From assembly GCA_913048385.1 (NCBI GenBank), contig CAJWVZ010000005.1, positions 54,268-118,267 of the forward strand: 64,000 bases of DNA, read 5' to 3'. Position 1 is the stretch's first letter. Every line of letters starts with the position of its first letter. Below, in pieces: positions 8,467 to 18,036 of this stretch. Made by a program: the position numbers and the translations under genes. Below the pieces are notes generated by a model. It was not told the DNA's origin and did not search any database. It was given only the letters and a program-made list of their open reading frames with translations. Source of the DNA: an uncultured Gammaproteobacteria bacterium. GTDB lineage: Bacteria; Pseudomonadota; Gammaproteobacteria; Pseudomonadales; Pseudohongiellaceae.

Positions 8467-9408
8467 ATGATAAAGCGTACCTTAAGCAACAAGCAGATTG
8501 TTGCTCTACCTCACCAACTTAAATCCATACTCGTCCTTTTGATAATCCTCTCCACCAGCCTAGAAGTTACGGCTAATTCTTTTGTGAGAGTCCAAACGGA
8601 TGTCGGCGACTTCACGGTCGAGTTATTTGAAGACACCGCTCCCATTACCACAAGAAATTTTCTTAACTATGTGCGATCAGACAGTTATCAGAGCACTATC
8701 ATTCATCGAGCCGAACCAGGTTTTGTGCTTCAAACCGGCAAAATCAGCTCAAACGAGGCCGCAAACACAATAGAACCTATCTTAAAAGGCTCTCCTATAA
8801 CTCTGGAATATCAACTTCCAAATGTATTCGGAACCATAGCTATGGCAAGAACAGCTCTGCCCGATAGCGCAACGAGCGAGTGGTTTGTTAACTTAGCTGA
8901 TAACACGGCGATCTTGGGAGAGGAAAACAGTGGCGGATACGCGGTCTTTGGCCGCGTTATTGGTAACGGGATGGCTGTAATCCAAAAAATAGAAAACTTG
9001 AAGCGCGACAGGTATATCAATGAAATTCCCTTCGATGTGCCCGTAATCGATTACTCGGGATCAGGTTTAAACGTCAAAAATTTTGTAAATCTACAAGTTA
9101 TAGAGATTGTTGCTCCAAATTATTTTGACAACAGCGACGGTACGCTCCATATAAAAGTAGATGCCGGAACTGCTGGGTTTGCCGAACTGACCTTCAGTGT
9201 CTTTCAGAGCGCACCCGATGTCATTGTAAAACTTGAGACCGTCGAAAAACTGCCTGATACCACGCCAAAGATTGCGGTTTTTACCGAGTCATCTGGTGAG
9301 ATGATTTTGCCGGAGTTGGTTATAGACGGGATTGTAGTTGGGCGCGAACTTGTTTTTAGTTTAATTAACGCTGATCAATTCTTATTCCAATTAACTAGTT
9401 TTAACTAG
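8467..9408 (+). CDS. secreted cyclophilin-type peptidyl-prolyl cis-trans isomerase with a C-terminal extension of about 110 aa
   Basis: Signal peptide, then VQTDVGDFTVELFEDTAPITTRNFLNYV...IHRAEPGFVLQTG...GTIAMAR...SEWFVNL...YAVFGRVIGNGMAVIQKI. Confidence 0.8.
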   Translation: MIKRTLSNKQIVALPHQLKSILVLLIILSTSLEVTANSFVRVQTDVGDFTVELFEDTAPITTRNFLNYVRSDSYQSTIIHRAEPGFVLQTGKISSNEAANTIEPILKGSPITLEYQLPNVFGTIAMARTALPDSATSEWFVNLADNTAILGEENSGGYAVFGRVIGNGMAVIQKIENLKRDRYINEIPFDVPVIDYSGSGLNVKNFVNLQVIEIVAPNYFDNSDGTLHIKVDAGTAGFAELTFSVFQSAPDVIVKLETVEKLPDTTPKIAVFTESSGEMILPELVIDGIVVGRELVFSLINADQFLFQLTSFN

Positions 9409-9519
9409 ATAGGTGCCATTGCATAACTAATCGGTAGCCAAAGGAAAGATTATTCCTCCTGCCTTTGGTACCGAAATGTCACAAATATTTACCTATCTTT
9501 CTCTCCTGTGCTCGTTACT

Positions 9520-10683
9520 CTAAGGAATAAGCCGAGGAATAAATTTAGTCATCCCTTTTATCGGCCCCACCTCACCGGCATAAACAACGCCGTCCTTGTC
9601 TACAGTGACCCCCTCACCCATGGAGCCTATCCCACCCATACCAGAATTACGCTCTGACATGTGATTTGGAATGAAATACATAACCTCTCCTGTTTGAGCG
9701 CTTCCGACTCGGAGACCTTTACGCCAACCACCCGGATTATAATTCGTATCTGACTCAGAATCGATGGCATACAACATGTCCGTTGCTTTATCGATAAAGA
9801 GACCGCTGATCCGACTAAACTGATACCAGGTATCCTGATGATTTCCATCCTGATCAAAAATTTGAATACGATTGTTACCGCGATCAGCCACAAAAAGTCT
9901 GCCTTGCGAGTCCATTGCCAAGGAATGAGGAGACCTGAACTGGCCATCTCCAAAGCCCCACTCACCAAAAGACTTAATAAAGGTTCCATCAGCCGAAAAG
10001 ATCGAAATACGGCTTTTTGCGTTCGGCCCCGCTTCATCTTGAAATTGTGCACCGTGGGTATCTGCCACAAAGATATTGCCGTTTGGCGCGACCAACACAT
10101 CGTTTGGAGCATCAAAATGCGTTGGAGGATCCCCTACTTCACCACCAGTACCCAAAGTCATTAACAACTCACCCGTCCGACTGAATTTAAGCACAGTATG
10201 GCCCTTGCCAGCGGCATCGGGATTTTCAGCAAGCTCCCGACTATTTGCCGCTCGCGCATCAACGACCCAAATATTTCCCTCCGAATCGACATCCATGCCA
10301 TGTGGCCAAATAATTAGGTCAGCGCCAAAGCTTTGGACTACGTTTCCCTGCGGGTCCAACTTAACAATGGGATCTACATGGGAAGTCGCGCAAGAATTAT
10401 TCCCACAGCGATCCCCGGCCCATATGTGTAATCCATCTATATCAACATTAACTGCACTCACTGAGCCCCAGATACGACTGTCTGGTAGCGTCCCAAAATC
10501 CCGTTGTGTTTCATATGGATTCGGTAAGTTGTTAATCGGAGGTTGATTTGCGTGCTCCGGCGGTTGAACAGCCCCACGCTGTGCAAATACCGCTGCAGAC
10601 AGCGTGCATGCGAACAATCCGATTAACTTTGCCATTTTGCTAACACTCACTTTGGTAACTCTCATTGTTATCAGCCTCATCAT
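9520..10683 (-). CDS. secreted NHL-repeat six-bladed beta-propeller (peptidyl-alpha-hydroxyglycine amidating lyase-like)
   Basis: Repeated PHG/PHS-x-x-D-x-x-G-x-I/F-V-A/V-D blade motifs (PHGMDVDSEGNIWVVD, PNDVLVAPNGNIFVAD, PHSLAMDSQGRLFVAD). The signal peptide most likely starts at internal Met 10635 (MAKLIGLFACTLSAAVFA). Confidence 0.65.
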   Translation of the reverse strand: MMRLITMRVTKVSVSKMAKLIGLFACTLSAAVFAQRGAVQPPEHANQPPINNLPNPYETQRDFGTLPDSRIWGSVSAVNVDIDGLHIWAGDRCGNNSCATSHVDPIVKLDPQGNVVQSFGADLIIWPHGMDVDSEGNIWVVDARAANSRELAENPDAAGKGHTVLKFSRTGELLMTLGTGGEVGDPPTHFDAPNDVLVAPNGNIFVADTHGAQFQDEAGPNAKSRISIFSADGTFIKSFGEWGFGDGQFRSPHSLAMDSQGRLFVADRGNNRIQIFDQDGNHQDTWYQFSRISGLFIDKATDMLYAIDSESDTNYNPGGWRKGLRVGSAQTGEVMYFIPNHMSERNSGMGGIGSMGEGVTVDKDGVVYAGEVGPIKGMTKFIPRLIP

Positions 10684-10942
10684 AATTAACTATCTTTTTT
10701 ATTATTCACGCTACGACTTTACCAATGTTCAGGGAAAAACCAAAGCACTCGGTAACGAAATTACACAAAGAAACATTGCCACATTTAAACCGCCCTAATA
10801 TCTTCAATTGCAAGCCGACTATTACAAAACTTAATACCAAAAACAAATAGTAGACGCGGGGCGAAGTCCTAGCTATTCTTCGCCTGCAAATTGGGGAGAG
10901 CGTTGCAGAAGTCTAACTCTTCCCCAACGCTTAGCTAAGGGT

Positions 10943-11497
10943 ATGCGATCGGTGTCAGCTGATAACACTAACAAAATAATAATCGCCACAATTTTTGCAA
11001 CATGTCTCATCATGGGCGCCTTACTGCTTTTTATTATGAATGCAGAGATTGTTGTCAATGGCGGCGGGATTAAACATGAAATCTTTGCTGGCATGAGTGT
11101 TGGTGGAGATGGACTTGAGAGGCTAAGGTATACCGGCATACCAAGCTATACATTTGGAGGATTATTAATATTTTTGATCGTTGTACTCTGTCTGCTCGGC
11201 ATAACGCCTCGAAAGCGCGACTTACAACTTTACTTATTTTTACTCCTGACTCTGATCTTTAGCCTCGCTGTTTGGTATCAGATGATTAACTCCCACTTAG
11301 AGTACCTCGAGACTGGAGTGACCGGTTACTTTATGGGATTCCCAACGGCCTCAGCTTGGCAAATGTATGGAATTTGGCTGAGCTCTGTTCCCTTGATCTT
11401 TCTCTACAGCATAGGTTTTCGACGATACGTGTTTAGCGATTCTGACGAGAAAGAATTTGATACCCTGCTCGAGAAGAATCACTCTAACGACCAATAA
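10943..11497 (+). CDS. hypothetical polytopic membrane protein upstream of the symporter
   Basis: 184 aa with 4-5 hydrophobic helices. It lies 76 nt upstream of the SSS transporter on the same strand. Confidence 0.5.
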   Translation: MRSVSADNTNKIIIATIFATCLIMGALLLFIMNAEIVVNGGGIKHEIFAGMSVGGDGLERLRYTGIPSYTFGGLLIFLIVVLCLLGITPRKRDLQLYLFLLLTLIFSLAVWYQMINSHLEYLETGVTGYFMGFPTASAWQMYGIWLSSVPLIFLYSIGFRRYVFSDSDEKEFDTLLEKNHSNDQ

Positions 11498-11573
11498 AGA
11501 GAATCACTGATCGTCGGCAGACAAAAGTCCGTTTATCCTTAGGTTATTTATAAATCGATGAGAACAATAGTAA

Positions 11574-13070
11574 ATGGAAGCGTATAGACAAGAGATAATT
11601 ACAGGCGCAGTGGCATTTTACATGCTGTTTTGTGTACTCACCGGTCTCTGGGCAATGCGCCGAACAACGGACTCTAGCGATTTTTTTATGGCTGGACGTG
11701 GTCTTGGCCCGATTGTTCTCTCTCTCGCCCTTTTCTCCTCAACGCTCAGTGGTTTCGGTTTTGTTGGAGGCCCAGGCCTCGTTTACTCAATAGGCGTGAG
11801 CTCATTTTGGATGGTGGTAATTTCATCTGCCGGTTACGCGGTTGGTTTCTTCTTAGTTGCTAAAAGAATTCGATTAATTGCAGAACTACGAGACTGTATA
11901 TCACTCCCTGATATCGTGGCAGTCAGATACCAGAGTGAGATAGTCAGGTTGTTAATGGCGATAACTATCGTCCTAGGTGTAATGGGTTATTTAGCTACCC
12001 AGATCCTTGCAATGGCATTGGTAATGCAAGCAATATTAGCTGGCACTGACACCTTTGCTAATATCGGACTAGTCTCATGCGTTGTTATATCCTCAGCCGT
12101 CCTGATTTTTTACTGCGTGACTGGCGGGATGATTGCTTCCGTATACACGGATGTTATTCAAGGCGGCATGATGATGATTGCCGGCGTCCTTATTCTTCTG
12201 ACTGCTATGACGGTCTTCCCCGGTGGTATAACTGAAGCCACTTCCATAATTCTTGCTGACGATGCTGAAGCGATGATGCCATTTGGAGCCGCGGGTATTA
12301 TGGCCTCGCTAGGCTGGTTTTTTGTCTTCGGGCTCGGACTGGCCGGTCAACCCCACTTGGTAACAAAAATGATGATGAACAGGAAGGTTGCAGACAATCG
12401 CCACATCTTACCAATGTCAGTGTTTGGTTATATCATGGCAGCGTTGCTCTGGATTTCTATTGGTGTAGTAATGCGTGCATCAGTAATTGATGGTTTGATT
12501 CCCCCTCTTTCAGTTCCAGATGACGCCGTTTCAATTTTTCTAACCATATTCAGCAACCCACTGCTGGCCGGAGTGGTTTTTGCCGGCCTTTTCGCAGCAA
12601 TTATGTCTACCTCCGATGCTTTCCTCAATGTAGGCACCGCAGCGATAATCCACGATATTCCCAAAGCAATTAGAGGCGCGAGCATCACCAATGAACTGTG
12701 GTGGGCCCGCATCGTCACGATCATCCTTGCTGTTATTGCTGCATCTTTTGCCCTTTACTCCTACTATGCCGATGCGACGCTCGTCGCATTGCTTGGAGCA
12801 TTTGGATGGGCTACTTTTTCTGCTTCAATTTTCCCGGTAATAGCTATAGGACTCAACTGGAAAGGCGCAACCGTTGCAGGTGCGATCGTTGCAATCTTGG
12901 CGGCCTTGACAATAAATTTTTCCGTTCAACTAGCTGGAATAATTCCGCCCTATGGTATCAGTGGCGGACTACTTTCATTTGTTACTTCACTAGTGCTGTT
13001 CATTGGCGTTTCGCTTGCCACTTCTCCCCCAGATCTCGACGATGACCTCAATCGTTGCCTAGAACTTTAA
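11574..13070 (+). CDS. sodium:solute symporter (SSS) family transporter
   Basis: 498 aa with about 13 TM helices. N-terminal FFMAGRGLGP motif and overall SSF architecture. Confidence 0.85.
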   Translation: MEAYRQEIITGAVAFYMLFCVLTGLWAMRRTTDSSDFFMAGRGLGPIVLSLALFSSTLSGFGFVGGPGLVYSIGVSSFWMVVISSAGYAVGFFLVAKRIRLIAELRDCISLPDIVAVRYQSEIVRLLMAITIVLGVMGYLATQILAMALVMQAILAGTDTFANIGLVSCVVISSAVLIFYCVTGGMIASVYTDVIQGGMMMIAGVLILLTAMTVFPGGITEATSIILADDAEAMMPFGAAGIMASLGWFFVFGLGLAGQPHLVTKMMMNRKVADNRHILPMSVFGYIMAALLWISIGVVMRASVIDGLIPPLSVPDDAVSIFLTIFSNPLLAGVVFAGLFAAIMSTSDAFLNVGTAAIIHDIPKAIRGASITNELWWARIVTIILAVIAASFALYSYYADATLVALLGAFGWATFSASIFPVIAIGLNWKGATVAGAIVAILAALTINFSVQLAGIIPPYGISGGLLSFVTSLVLFIGVSLATSPPDLDDDLNRCLEL

Positions 13071-13290
13071 GCTAAGTAAAGGACAATGATAAAGACAACA
13101 CTGTCAAAATGGCGTAAACTTCGCGCTCTTTAGAAAACGCCGCGTGACGTCTCTTCAACTACAGCGACCCTCTAGTTCTCAGACATTAAGCAATGAACGT
13201 GTGTTCTTTTCTTAACTAGTGCCAAAGAAGAAATTGACACGACCGCACTCTGATAAGACTGTAATAATACTAAAAAAGGTAGAGTATCCG

Positions 13291-15177
13291 ATGTCTGCGA
13301 CCAAGGCTGACAAATTTTCCCAACTTAATCTCTCCAAACCCCTAATCGAATCAATTCGCGAAATCGGTTACGAAGACCCGTCACCGATTCAAGCCGAGAC
13401 CATTCCGTTGCTTCTTGAAGGAAAAGATGTTTTGGGCCAAGCTCAAACCGGAACCGGCAAAACCGCTGCATTTGCACTCCCAATTTTGTCGAATTTAGAT
13501 TTTTCGCAACGTAACCCTCAAGCCCTCGTCCTGACACCCACTCGCGAACTTGCGATTCAGGTTGCCGAAGCGTTTCAAAAATATGCTTCTAAAATTCCCT
13601 CTTTCCATGTTCTCCCCATATACGGAGGGCAGGATTATGGCGGACAAATTCGCGCGCTGAAGCGAGGCGTTCACGTGGTTGTCGGCACTCCGGGTCGCGT
13701 CATGGACCACATGCGTAAGAAGACGCTAAAGCTAGCAGAGCTCAAAACCTTAGTCCTCGACGAAGCTGATGAGATGCTCCGCATGGGGTTCATCGACGAT
13801 GTGGAGTGGGTGCTCGAACAAATACCTAAGCCGAGGCAAATTGCATTATTTTCAGCGACGATGCCCAACCAAATTCGCAGAATCGCAACCAATCACCTCT
13901 CTGATCCAGCTCAGATAACCATAAAAGTTAAAACTGCAACCGCAAATTTGATACGGCAACGCTTTTGGCCAGTTAGCGGCTTACACAAGCTTGACGCATT
14001 AACCCGAATCCTTGAGGCCGAAACCTTCGATGGAATGATTATCTTTGTACGCACCCGTATCGTTACTGTCGAACTTGCGCAAAAGCTTACGGCAAGGGGA
14101 TTCGCTGCCACTGCCTTGAACGGCGACATCGCTCAAAACCAGCGAGAAAGGACCATTGAGCAATTAAAGAAGGGGCAGCTCGACATAATCGTCGCTACAG
14201 ACGTCGCAGCACGAGGCCTAGATGTAGACCGTATCAGTCACGTTATAAACTACGATATCCCCCACGACACAGAAGCGTACATTCATCGCATAGGGCGCAC
14301 AGGAAGAGCAGGACGCCAAGGCGACGCTATCCTTTTTGTAGCGCCAAGAGAAAGAAGAATGCTGTCAGCAATCGAAAGAGCAACTCAAAAGAAAATTGAG
14401 ATAATGGAGTTGCCGTCAACAAAAATTATTAACACGAAAAGAATCGAAACTTTTAAAGAAAACATCTCGAAAACGCTCGCTGAGAGCGATTTAGGTCTTT
14501 TTACAACCTTAATTGAACAGTATCAGAAAGAACACGATACGCCTCCCTTAAAAATAGCAGCTGCTCTCGCCAAACTTCTTCAAGGGGCTACACCGTTGCT
14601 TTTAGAACATAAACCCATCAAAAAAGGATGGACTTCTGCTGACAAAGAGAAACCTAATCGATCTTCTGAACGCGTCGCAAACAGTCGTCAGGGGCGCAGG
14701 GAACACAAACCTCTGAAGGGCATGCAACGCTACCGAATAGCGGTAGGGCACATCCATCAGGTTATGCCAGGGAATATCGTCGGCGCGATTGCTAACGAGA
14801 CCGGCATCGATGCCAAGAATATTGGCCGGATCAATATCTTCGATGATTACAGCACCGTCGATCTTCCTGAGGAAATGCCGACCGAGGTTTTTTCTGATTT
14901 GCAAAAAACTTGGGTAGCAGGTCAAACACTTAAGATAACTCGGTTAATCGAAAACAAAGACCAGCCGAGAGAACCCAAACATGGTCATGGACGACCAGAA
15001 AAAAAACCATCTCCCATTGCTAAAGATAAGAAACCCTCTGTCAAAAAGAAGCCGAATAAGAAAGCAAAATTACGAGCGGCACAAAAGCAAGTGAGCGATG
15101 CGCAGGCAAAAGCCAAAGACAAGATAAAAAAACGAAACAAGCCAAAAAGAAAATCAAACGCCAAAACATCGCTTTAA
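13291..15177 (+). CDS. deaD: DEAD-box ATP-dependent RNA helicase, DeaD/CsdA type with a Lys-rich tail
   Basis: Q motif (PSPIQ), [28 protein letters not shown] and [10 protein letters not shown], plus the DbpA-like C-terminal region. ATG 13291 aligns with the DeaD N-terminus; the track start 13219 is GTG. Confidence 0.9.
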   Translation: MSATKADKFSQLNLSKPLIESIREIGYEDPSPIQAETIPLLLEGKDVLGQAQTGTGKTAAFALPILSNLDFSQRNPQALVLTPTRELAIQVAEAFQKYASKIPSFHVLPIYGGQDYGGQIRALKRGVHVVVGTPGRVMDHMRKKTLKLAELKTLVLDEADEMLRMGFIDDVEWVLEQIPKPRQIALFSATMPNQIRRIATNHLSDPAQITIKVKTATANLIRQRFWPVSGLHKLDALTRILEAETFDGMIIFVRTRIVTVELAQKLTARGFAATALNGDIAQNQRERTIEQLKKGQLDIIVATDVAARGLDVDRISHVINYDIPHDTEAYIHRIGRTGRAGRQGDAILFVAPRERRMLSAIERATQKKIEIMELPSTKIINTKRIETFKENISKTLAESDLGLFTTLIEQYQKEHDTPPLKIAAALAKLLQGATPLLLEHKPIKKGWTSADKEKPNRSSERVANSRQGRREHKPLKGMQRYRIAVGHIHQVMPGNIVGAIANETGIDAKNIGRINIFDDYSTVDLPEEMPTEVFSDLQKTWVAGQTLKITRLIENKDQPREPKHGHGRPEKKPSPIAKDKKPSVKKKPNKKAKLRAAQKQVSDAQAKAKDKIKKRNKPKRKSNAKTSL

Positions 15178-15448
15178 TGCTCGAACCGTGCGTCAATAGA
15201 TCTATACGAATAAACGACATGACTTGTCCTAACGCTAAAAAAAATCATGACTCCAATTTTAGCGCATCAAAAATCTAACTATCCATACAATACAAAACAT
15301 GCCTTTGAAACGGCGTTTGAGCTGACGAAAAACGTCATTTAGGCCGATTTTAACCGTGAGGAAGAAAACGAACCCCGCTAGGCAAAATCCCAATCCGCTA
15401 GCACAATACGCTCAGTAAAACGCCCGAAAGATAAAAGACTACAAATCC

Positions 15449-16051
15449 TTAAAAGGAATCAAAGGATTCAACCCCAAGAACACTGTCATATCGAGATTCA
15501 CTTATGTCGCCCTTTTTAATCTCACCAGCCAACAACGCTCGCACATCAGCCGCCACAAAATCGACTACCGAACGGCTAGATTCAGTGCCGACAGCCAACT
15601 GAATTGTTGTACCCCAAATTGCCAATAGTCGATTATCTATGACACGAAGAGCGTTCTCTTTGGCCCATTCTGCACCAATTTTTTTCCCGAGTTCTTCGAA
15701 CAGATTGGTTAAGTAATCTTTTTGTGCCTCTCCAGATAGAGTTAACGCACGCGTTTGAATCTGAAGCCAACCATTTGGATAAAGCACGGTACCCAGATAA
15801 AAACTTTTTACCCAATCTAAGTACTCCATACGTCCTTGTAACAATTGGTTTTCGGCATCAAGTTCATAAGCAGATTCAAAATAACTTTTTTCAGGTATGC
15901 CGGTCGGCCAAATTAATTCTCCTGTCCCGAGACATCCCGCTAAGATAAACGCGGGCACAATATTGACAGCAGCTTGTAGGGGGGTTTTTTTGAACAGGCT
16001 ATAACGAGCGAGTTTACATATCAAAGGAACGAAAAAAATTAGGCGAGACAT
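15449..16051 (-). CDS. hypothetical lipoprotein-like protein
   Basis: 200-aa ORF with a hydrophobic N-terminus and an LAGC lipobox-like motif. No family recognised. Confidence 0.4.
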   Translation of the reverse strand: MSRLIFFVPLICKLARYSLFKKTPLQAAVNIVPAFILAGCLGTGELIWPTGIPEKSYFESAYELDAENQLLQGRMEYLDWVKSFYLGTVLYPNGWLQIQTRALTLSGEAQKDYLTNLFEELGKKIGAEWAKENALRVIDNRLLAIWGTTIQLAVGTESSRSVVDFVAADVRALLAGEIKKGDISESRYDSVLGVESFDSF

Positions 16052-16102
16052 GAGGTGTTTCCTAAACGTCGCTGATTTACTCTATCGAAGAAATCTGAAA
16101 AC

Positions 16103-17305
16103 TTAGTGGTACTCAAGAAGGTGCTGTCGAAGCAGGTCCTTCCCATAGTCGTTGCCATTCGGAGTTCGGACCACCGTATGAATGTGGTCTCGCGTCGGAA
16201 CACCTGCCGGATTCTTGTTTAAGCTGCCAACAGGGTTTTGATGATCAAATTCAATCAAAATTACTGGACTATGAATCCGATAGTAAAACACATTTCCTCT
16301 GTCCCACCCTCCGATCCAAGCAAAATAGGTTTCATCAAGATATTTTTCAACCTCTTCCATCTTGATTTCAGCATGACCCTGCCTAAGATTGTCAACATAA
16401 ACACCAATCAAACTTAATAAGCTCAACCGTTGTGAATACTCCATCTCGCCCGCGGATAAGCCTGCGTAATCAAGAACGAGATTGTCCGCATTAGCTGCAG
16501 CTAATTGGTCATTCTTTACTTTTCTTTCCTCAATGATAGCTGCCGATCTCTGCTTTGGATCGAGCGATGCCATCAAGGCTAAACCAAAATCCTGTTCATC
16601 CTGCAAAATTATATTGCCCGCGTATTTACCAGTCTCAGTAACGATCGGCTCACCTCCCCAAAACGCAGGAGTCATGACGACTTGATCTCCCAGTACGAAG
16701 AAATTTACAACTAAGTGGTGCCCATCCAGTTGCCAACCCCATGGCTCCGTTGACGATGGCACCCCCATCATCGTTACATAATATTTCTCTTCCCCGTAGC
16801 GAAGCGGCTCTTCGTTGATCTCTAAAAGCGTTTGCTCAGTTCTCATGATGCCCTTTATCTTTTGTATACCGACCGCGCTCAACGATGACTCAAAAAGATT
16901 CCAAGCGGCCATCTTTTGCGCACCGTTCATTTCTTCAAGACTGAGACCTAAACGCGCGAATATACCAACATCAACATTGGACCAATTACGCCACTCGGGA
17001 TCATCGATCGCAAATTGACTGCGACTAAGCTGCGCGTCATCGAGCAAAGAAAGCCATTCGGTAGCCGCACCGACTATAGAATCTGTAGATACACCAGTCG
17101 ATTCGATAGGGAAAAGACCGTCTCTCTTCCCGTCAGAAACCACAACTCCCGCATAAGGTTCTCCAAGGGCTGTTGCGAGCCCTTCTGAAAAAACTCGTTT
17201 GGTATTCAAGAGAGATTCTGAGTACGTACCGCTGTTTTGAGCAGCCAACATAATTGGCATAACCAGAACCAAGACAAAAGAAAAAAAAGATCCTTTTAAG
17301 CTCAT
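16103..17305 (-). CDS. secreted DUF3500 domain protein
   Basis: Signal peptide. WGWQLDGHHLVVNFFVLGDQVVMTPAFWGGEP and HTVVRTPNGNDYG motifs typical of DUF3500. Confidence 0.65.
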   Translation of the reverse strand: MSLKGSFFSFVLVLVMPIMLAAQNSGTYSESLLNTKRVFSEGLATALGEPYAGVVVSDGKRDGLFPIESTGVSTDSIVGAATEWLSLLDDAQLSRSQFAIDDPEWRNWSNVDVGIFARLGLSLEEMNGAQKMAAWNLFESSLSAVGIQKIKGIMRTEQTLLEINEEPLRYGEEKYYVTMMGVPSSTEPWGWQLDGHHLVVNFFVLGDQVVMTPAFWGGEPIVTETGKYAGNIILQDEQDFGLALMASLDPKQRSAAIIEERKVKNDQLAAANADNLVLDYAGLSAGEMEYSQRLSLLSLIGVYVDNLRQGHAEIKMEEVEKYLDETYFAWIGGWDRGNVFYYRIHSPVILIEFDHQNPVGSLNKNPAGVPTRDHIHTVVRTPNGNDYGKDLLRQHLLEYH

Positions 17306-17443
17306 CCTTCTTACCTCCCCACAACATAAGCAATATGGAATTCAGGCTAACCCTCTGGAATCTTACTGGCAAGGAATTTTAAAGAGAATCTTTTAGTTCG
17401 CAAAAGGTGAATCTCCGCGGGTTTTGGGATTCACCTAAGCTAT

Positions 17444-17905
17444 TTAATCACGGAAGCGTATAGCTTTAGCAGCACTCGCTCGAGCAGCTAGTTTTCCGTT
17501 CTCTTGAAAAAAATCAGCTTCGACAAACCCTGTTGTCCGCCCGCGGTTGATTAAGCGCCCCTCAATGCGAATCAATCCACCCTGCATCGGACGAAACATT
17601 CTTGTCGTAAGTTCGGTGGTTGTAAACCACTCGCCATCCTCCAAAGCGCTCGCCATTGTCATTGAAACAATATGATCAGCCAATGCGGAGATCCAACCTC
17701 CGAAAACACGGCCCGATTCAATGTCTCGGCTACCATCATTTGGCCATTCATAAATGACTCTTCCGTAGGAAACTTCCTTAAGCCAAAGGTGAGGGATGAT
17801 TCCAAGGTTTCGAATTCCTTTGGGAGGACACCACGTCTCGGACCTCAGATTTTTAAAAAACTCTGCTTGCTGTTTAGATAACTCTTTGCCCACGACTTCC
17901 CTCAC
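17444..17905 (-). CDS. PaaI-family hotdog-fold thioesterase
   Basis: VFGGWISALADH core motif and hotdog-sized protein (153 aa). Confidence 0.65.
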   Translation of the reverse strand: MREVVGKELSKQQAEFFKNLRSETWCPPKGIRNLGIIPHLWLKEVSYGRVIYEWPNDGSRDIESGRVFGGWISALADHIVSMTMASALEDGEWFTTTELTTRMFRPMQGGLIRIEGRLINRGRTTGFVEADFFQENGKLAARASAAKAIRFRD

Positions 17906-18036
17906 TGTTATACGGTTACATCAAAAATCACGCCAATTGCAAAAGAATTGTTTCGCTATCACACATAATTGCTCTTCTGCAGAGTACTGAAGAATTACTT
18001 TTTTATGAATTTAAAACTAAGCTCGGCTACCCAATG

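Noticed and set aside
10873-11139. 88-aa - strand ORF spanning the hairpin-rich leader and the start of the 10943 membrane-protein gene
   Set aside because: It runs antisense through a TM-rich coding region and the structured spacer, and has no RBS or motif.
13219-13290. 24-codon N-terminal extension of DeaD from a GTG start (MPKKKLTRPHSDKTVIILKKVEYP)
   Set aside because: The DeaD family N-terminus aligns with the ATG at 13291 (MSATKADKFSQLNL...). The extension is probably part of the long 5' leader. This is not proven.
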